A DNA stretch of 64,000 nucleotides, from positions 4,965 through 68,964 of IMG/VR virus record IMGVR_UViG_2974646296_000001, one strand, 5' to 3'. This stretch comes from a virus (lineage: Duplodnaviria > Caudoviricetes). The position numbers and the translations under genes were made by a program. Shown here in pieces: positions 58,719 to 64,000 of this stretch; within the stretch, counting starts at the first letter, position 1, and each line of letters starts with the position of its first letter. Under the pieces are notes generated by a model, which ran no database searches, had not been told where the DNA came from, and saw nothing but the letters and a program-made list of their open reading frames with translations.

Positions 58719-61411
58719 ATGAAACTAATTAAAACTATTTTAGAAAAAGAAGATATACATTGCTTTAAGCCTACGCGACTTAACAAGTATGACTCAGGTA
58801 TGTTTAATGAATGGGGTTCTAACTATTTACTTGGATTTGTTTATGAAATTAATTAATACAAAATCCATAAGATACATTAAGTTTAAACCCAATAACCAAC
58901 TACGTAAAGATGTGAATTGGGTTTATTCATTTGGTTACCAAATAGGTTACGAACATACAGATTATAGGTTTATATATGAAACTAATTAAAACCAAACATG
59001 TGAAATATTCTTCACCCAAATTCCCAATACCTTTAGTTAACATTGGCGAGGCTTACCAATTATGGGAAAGATACTCTTTAACGGAATTTACTTATGAGAT
59101 TAATTAAAACTCGCCCTTACCAAGGACAACTTAACCTGCACCAACCCAAACGATTAATAAAATATTACGATAATTTTTATGAATTATGGGGTGTTGATTA
59201 CCTGGTGGCATTTAAATATGCAGTTAATTAAAACCAATGTTGAAAAGTACTCTAGTCCTTTATTTAAACCCTATAAGTTAGCACCCCAATTCCAACATGA
59301 ATATGATCTATGGGGTGCTAACTTTGTAGTGGAATTTGAATATGTACCTAACCAAGAATAGATATGCCTTTGGAATAACCAATAGGTATTTCACTAAGAT
59401 AACTAAACATGTAATTGGTGGTTACTGTTTTGATACCTTTGATGGAAGGAGATTGTTTATAAATGACATTACATAAAGTAACTAAACAAACTAAAGTTTA
59501 CACTGAATATACCTATTACGTGTACGGTACTTTTCCGATTGCTTACAATATATTTTTTGAAAGGTTAACCTACTAATGAAACCACTTAAAGATGTTTTAT
59601 CTTTTTGGTACTTAGATAAGTGGTATGTACAAGAATTGTATAAGACACCAGCAAGATACATAAGTTTTAATAAATTTTGGAGTATTGCTGAATTTGATGA
59701 ATTCACCAACCCACAAGACCCATATAGATGGACGGTGAGAAGTAAATGAAATTACTAAACACTTATGAGAATAAAGATTTTAAAGCAAAAGATTATGATA
59801 ATTTAATTTTAAACCACAACAATAAAACTTGGGTTATGTGTGGATTACCTGTAACCACATTTAGTTTAAGAAAAGCATTTTGGGATAAGCATGATTTTCA
59901 ATTATTCACAAACCCTAAAACAACTAACCCTTGGACAATTAGAACCAAATGAAACTATATAAATCAATGGAAGGTACATGGGCACTTTCTTACACAATTA
60001 TATCTATAAATAGAATCTTATTTATAGACAGCCTAGGAGTTTACTACGCATGAAACTAGTACAAACTTACGCAGTATTACCAGACTTAAAAAGGTTAATT
60101 GGATTCAAGTTAGAATATTTAGGTACTTGGTTTACTGTATTTAAATTCGAAATAGAACCTTCTTACAACAGGTATGCACCAGATAATATTATCCCAATAC
60201 CTAGAAGAACTACTTGGAGTGATTTCAGTGAAACTGCATGAACTGGATAAACCAAAAGAGATGATTGGTATATGGAAGTATTACTACTTACCTAAGTACC
60301 GTGTAAGAGTTTACATAAGTGAGTTAATTGGTTCAGTTGGTTTAGATAACTAATATGACTTTACACAAGACAATTCAAAATAAACCAGATGTATTTGTAA
60401 TATACAAAGGAAAATGGATATGGCTCTTATAGAAACATATGACTACAACGGTATAGTGGTGAAAGGTGAGAAACCATACATACCTTACTTGGGTAGATGG
60501 TATACAGGTAATAAACAACTAAGATTATCCTTTAATCCTCACAGCCCTAATGCATTACTAAGAGTATACACATGGTAATACTACCTACGACTAAAGGTAT
60601 ATTTATGAGTAAATTACTTATAGATGTACCTTATAAACTTAATACTTACTTATTTATCCTATGAAACTAGCACACACTTATATACAGAATCTTTTCGCAC
60701 TGAACTTTGTAATCTCAGGTTACCCTTCCACTTTTTATACCAAAGGTAAACTTAAAACATTTTTATATAGTCCTACATCATTCACTGATCAATTCTGTAA
60801 GCCTTACCCTAGATTTACAAAAGAGATGAACCAATGAGATTACTTAAACAAAGAACTAAATATCATACTCAGAAAGAGCCAACATTATTAGTAAAAGTCA
60901 TTAAACCTTTCTATTTATATCATTCCAATTCTGTCACGGTAACATTTAAATATGAGATTAATTAAACACTCTGAACTAATTCCAACTACCACAAGTAAGT
61001 CAAAGTTATCTGCTTACCCTAGGGGCTTTTACTTAATAAACAATTTTAAGATTTATACATATGAGATTAATTAAACCATACAAACAATCCGATAGTCGTA
61101 GTAGTTCAAATATAAAATTGCATTGGGTTCTAAGGAATATTTATACAATCACTATTAGCTACCAATGGAGAGCTTTCTACTATGTACCTAATAAAAACTA
61201 AACAAGACCTTCTTGATAATCGTTGTTTTAGATATGGGTGCGAGTTTTGGGCTTATATAGTAAAAGGAGGCAGATTATTATGAAATTACTAAAGACAACT
61301 AAACTTAAATTTATGTTTACCACCCCCAGTAAGTTAGATAATCCATTTAAGTGTTTATATTGGTTTAGAAGTAATACTGAAGGTTGGGAATTTAAATATG
61401 AAATTAATTAA
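58718..61411 (+). repeat. Junction repeat TATGARRYTAATTAA
   Basis: Copies at about 58718, 58842, 58975, 59093, 59217 (variant), 60951, 61060, 61397; also 3033 and 3160. Confidence 0.85.
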
Positions 61412-61971
61412 ACACTACAAAGATCAACTTAACTTTATTCAATATACTCAAACGTATTTAGCTAAGTATAGTAGTGATATTGGATTTATCCTCGTACTCA
61501 ACTCAGGTAACTATTCTAAGTGGTACTTGAACCAATGAAGCTAACAGATACTTACATAAATAATGGTAACGTTAATCCTAAGACATGTATTTGGTTTAGG
61601 TTTAATAGTTACTACTTAGCTTTTCCTTTTAGAAGTAATACTGCACCAAACCAACTAATAGTAGCTGAAGGATTTGGTTATAGAACTTGGGATTATTGGT
61701 TAGGAGATAAATCAATACTTAAATTAACTAAACAAAAAGGAAAAGAGTTATGCAGTTGATTGAGACTTATGTAAGCAAAAGTAGAAAATCTATTTGGGTA
61801 CCTTATTTAAATAGCGCTTATAGTTCTTGGATAGAAGGTAAAAACTATTTAGATGATTTAGTGACTACAGAAGATTGGTCTATTGGGAATTTTAATACTT
61901 GGGTTTTAGAAGCTAGGGTACATAAACCAAGCAGAAAAGAATGGAAAGAGATAGTTGATAGTCTCGCGTAG
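58719..61971 (+). CDS. Cluster D: 24 chained mini-ORFs (25-74 aa)
   Basis: Starts at 58719, 58843, 58976, 59094, 59218, 59342, 59463, 59576, 59746, 59949, 60050, 60228, 60355, 60420, 60572, 60661, 60834, 60952, 61061, 61182, 61280, 61398, 61535, 61750. Hand-translated; each overlaps or abuts the next. Confidence 0.8.
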
Positions 61972-62109
61972 GAAATACTTAAATAATTTTAGAAACGACC
62001 TTAATGTAATTTTACTAAATTAAGTATAGCCGTAGTACTCCCATTTCCAGCTCGCAAAATCCAAGCATACCCCCCCGGTACCTCAGAGCTAGCTATACCA
62101 AACCTCTAC

Positions 62110-62126
62110 ATATTCCTTCGGAATAT
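62110..62126 (+). promoter_or_regulatory. Candidate vRNAP hairpin promoter
   Basis: ATATTCC-TTC-GGAATAT; template strand gives a C-GAA-G triloop, matching the N4 C-GDA-G promoter hairpin. Confidence 0.65.
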
Positions 62127-62168
62127 CTGTGGAAATTAATCCATTCATTTAACTATAGGAACTTCACC

Positions 62169-62390
62169 ATGAAACATTTACTAGCAGCACTAACTCTAAC
62201 CATCACTACTCTGTTCTCAGTATTCACTACTCTACTTGAGTGCATTGGTTTGCTATCTACTTCAGCTAAGAACGTAGCTCACGTAGTAGAAGATGCATCA
62301 GCTACATTCCGTATGGAAGAGAAACTGTTGAATGCTGATAAAATCAAGAAGCTTCAACAAGAACTATCAGCTAAAGATATCGAACTATAA
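62169..62390 (+). CDS. Early protein with hydrophobic N-terminus
   Basis: AGGA RBS; between a hairpin promoter and a terminator. Confidence 0.7.
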   Translation: MKHLLAALTLTITTLFSVFTTLLECIGLLSTSAKNVAHVVEDASATFRMEEKLLNADKIKKLQQELSAKDIEL

Positions 62391-62398
62391 CTATATAA

Positions 62399-62430
62399 CT
62401 AAAGGACTCTTCGGAGTCCTTTAGTTCTTT
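62399..62430 (+). terminator. Rho-independent terminator
   Basis: CTAAAGGACTC-TTCG-GAGTCCTTTAG plus T run. Confidence 0.85.
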
Positions 62431-62446
62431 TATTCCTTCGGAATAA
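62430..62446 (+). promoter_or_regulatory. Candidate vRNAP hairpin promoter
   Basis: TTATTCC-TTC-GGAATAA; same core as 62110. Confidence 0.65.
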
Positions 62447-62602
62447 TTATGGATAAACGGTTTACGTCAATGTCCAAGGTGAATGTTCCTATCAACATTC
62501 CTGCGGTGAGCAGCTACTCACCACTTATTTTTTTTTTTTACACAATACACATTACACATTACACATTACAGAGATAGTTTATCTAACTTTAAGAGGAACC
62601 AA

Positions 62603-62917
62603 ATGACATTACATAAAACTGTACCATACAATTCATTTAAGTTACCTCATGTACTTAAATGGGAATATCTCCATGAGATTTACTGTTATGATTACAGAAC
62701 CAAGGAACTGTACTAAATGAAACTACTACATACACTCGCAAAGTATCCTAACCCAAGAGATGCAATAGTAATTATTAATGGATACAGTTATAAGTACGTC
62801 TTGAATTATAACGGGGGTTATAAATACCTAGATAACCGTAAACTATCTAGTACTGATTGGTTAGTTAAATTTAAACCAACGACTAAAGGATTTGTTTGGA
62901 TAGATAGTATGTATTAG
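62603..62917 (+). CDS. Cluster E mini-ORFs: 62603-62716 (MTLHKTV) and 62717-62917 (MKLLHTL)
   Basis: Family N-termini; GAGG RBS before the first. Confidence 0.7.
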
Positions 62918-63447
62918 TTAAACAACATAGATGCTTCAATGATTTCTTCATAACTCTTAGTTGCCATTACTTCTTCCCAAGAAGATAAACCAAAATGATT
63001 CATAATTGATTTGCGTTTGCTTTCAACACTCGAAAACTCCTCAGCAGTAGTAACTAATCTGCACATCTCCTTGCCAACATAGAATACTGTTATCTTTGCT
63101 TTAGTAGTTGGCTGGGTAAATGTAATTCGTTTTAACCAGCCACTATTCACCAGTGCTAGTCGAGTTTTCTTAGTCTTACTTACACTCCAACCTAGTGCTT
63201 TAGCCACTAGAGCATCAGCAAAGAAGTCGAACTTAGGTGTCTTAACCTTACGGAAATAGTAAGTCATTAGTACTACAGCAGCATCATTAACTTCTTCTGA
63301 TAATTCAGACATCTCTTTGATAGTTAAATATGCTGTAGTACCTCCTAAAGGTTTATCTTTGGGGATGAATCTTACTTCCCGATCAACCATATAATCATAA
63401 CCCAATAAGAATTCACGTTGGGTAGGTAATTCAGTAACATTATTCAT
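62914..63447 (-). CDS. Winged-helix DNA-binding protein (Rep/initiator-like)
   Basis: DALVAKALGWSVSKTKKTRLALVNSGWLKR is HTH-like; AAGGA RBS. Confidence 0.6.
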   Translation of the reverse strand: MNNVTELPTQREFLLGYDYMVDREVRFIPKDKPLGGTTAYLTIKEMSELSEEVNDAAVVLMTYYFRKVKTPKFDFFADALVAKALGWSVSKTKKTRLALVNSGWLKRITFTQPTTKAKITVFYVGKEMCRLVTTAEEFSSVESKRKSIMNHFGLSSWEEVMATKSYEEIIEASMLFN

Positions 63448-63519
63448 ATTGTTTTCCTTTACTACTAGTCTATGACCCTACTATGTAGATTCCAATACGG
63501 AATGTCAACACCAGTTTAT

Positions 63520-63828
63520 AACCCTAATCTGGTCTATCAAGTGTGTCCAATACATGTTTATATAGGGGTGATATATAAAAAGACCTAATTTGGTCTACAC
63601 TCACATTGAAAAGACCTAATCTGGGCTACTGTATACTAAAAAAGACCTGATTTGGTCTCATTAAAATTAGCGCTGAAGCCTTATATACCAAGGGCTACAA
63701 GCTTTTTAAGCTGAAAAAAATACCCTATATAATAAAATATAAAGTAACGTTACACGAATCGTGTAAACCAAAGCTCTTAATTACACAAATCATGTATCTT
63801 TACCTAAGTCGTTACGTAAATCGTGTAA
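63520..63828. repeat. Two sets of phased palindromes (iteron/operator-like)
   Basis: AGACC-N6-GGTCT-type at 63520, 63581, 63612, 63643; TTACAC-N5-GTGTAA-type at 63750, 63781, 63812. Confidence 0.8.
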
Positions 63829-64000
63829 CACCTAAATTAGCTCAAACCCTTGTGCCACAAGGCTTCAGGGGGTGTTTGAACCAAAAGGTACCCTTATAGT
63901 ATTTATATAATATACGTTGTATTTACCTGTATAAATATACATGCCTCTAAAACTCTCTGTATGCTTCTATATGAAGAGATAGTAGAGAGATAGGGGATAG

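Noticed and set aside
58789-59709. Track ORFs 58789-58989, 59179-59361 and 59491-59709 as annotated
   Set aside because: The first two are upstream extensions of units that start at 58843 and 59218 on the family motif; the third is antisense to array units.
58719-61971. CRISPR array
   Set aside because: The repeat is only about 15 bp and degenerate, spacers are over 100 bp and protein-coding, and there are no cas genes.
1-64000. Diversity-generating retroelement driving the mini-ORF variation
   Set aside because: No reverse transcriptase and no template/variable repeat pair with adenine-specific differences seen.

Overview
This window is most of an AT-rich N4-like (Schitoviridae-type) phage genome; a Vibrio-like host is my inference from tail-fibre style. 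The + strand carries two-subunit RNAP II, thymidylate synthase, a lysis cassette, tRNA-Arg, an AAA/vWA pair, helicase, family A DNA polymerase, primase and SSB. The - strand carries a 3022-aa virion RNAP, structural genes, capsid, portal, tail fibre and terminases. Mobile elements: four group I introns, each with an HNH endonuclease, whose splice junctions I reconstructed by hand (two in the AAA ATPase, one each in polymerase and primase), plus an Ala1 LAGLIDADG intein in TerL. The most unusual signal is about 40 tiny ORFs (25-74 aa) starting M-[K/Q/R/T/Y]-L-[L/I/H]-[K/N/E]-T, mostly missed by the ORF track. 24 of them form a continuous, overlapping chain at 58719-61971, often joined by a repeated start/stop motif TATGARRYTAATTAA. 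Also notable: structured ncRNA-like clusters, an apparent tail-fibre swap that brought in a foreign DNA polymerase fragment, and a wHTH gene beside 31-bp-phased palindromes. Protein family calls come from motifs recognised by eye, not database searches.
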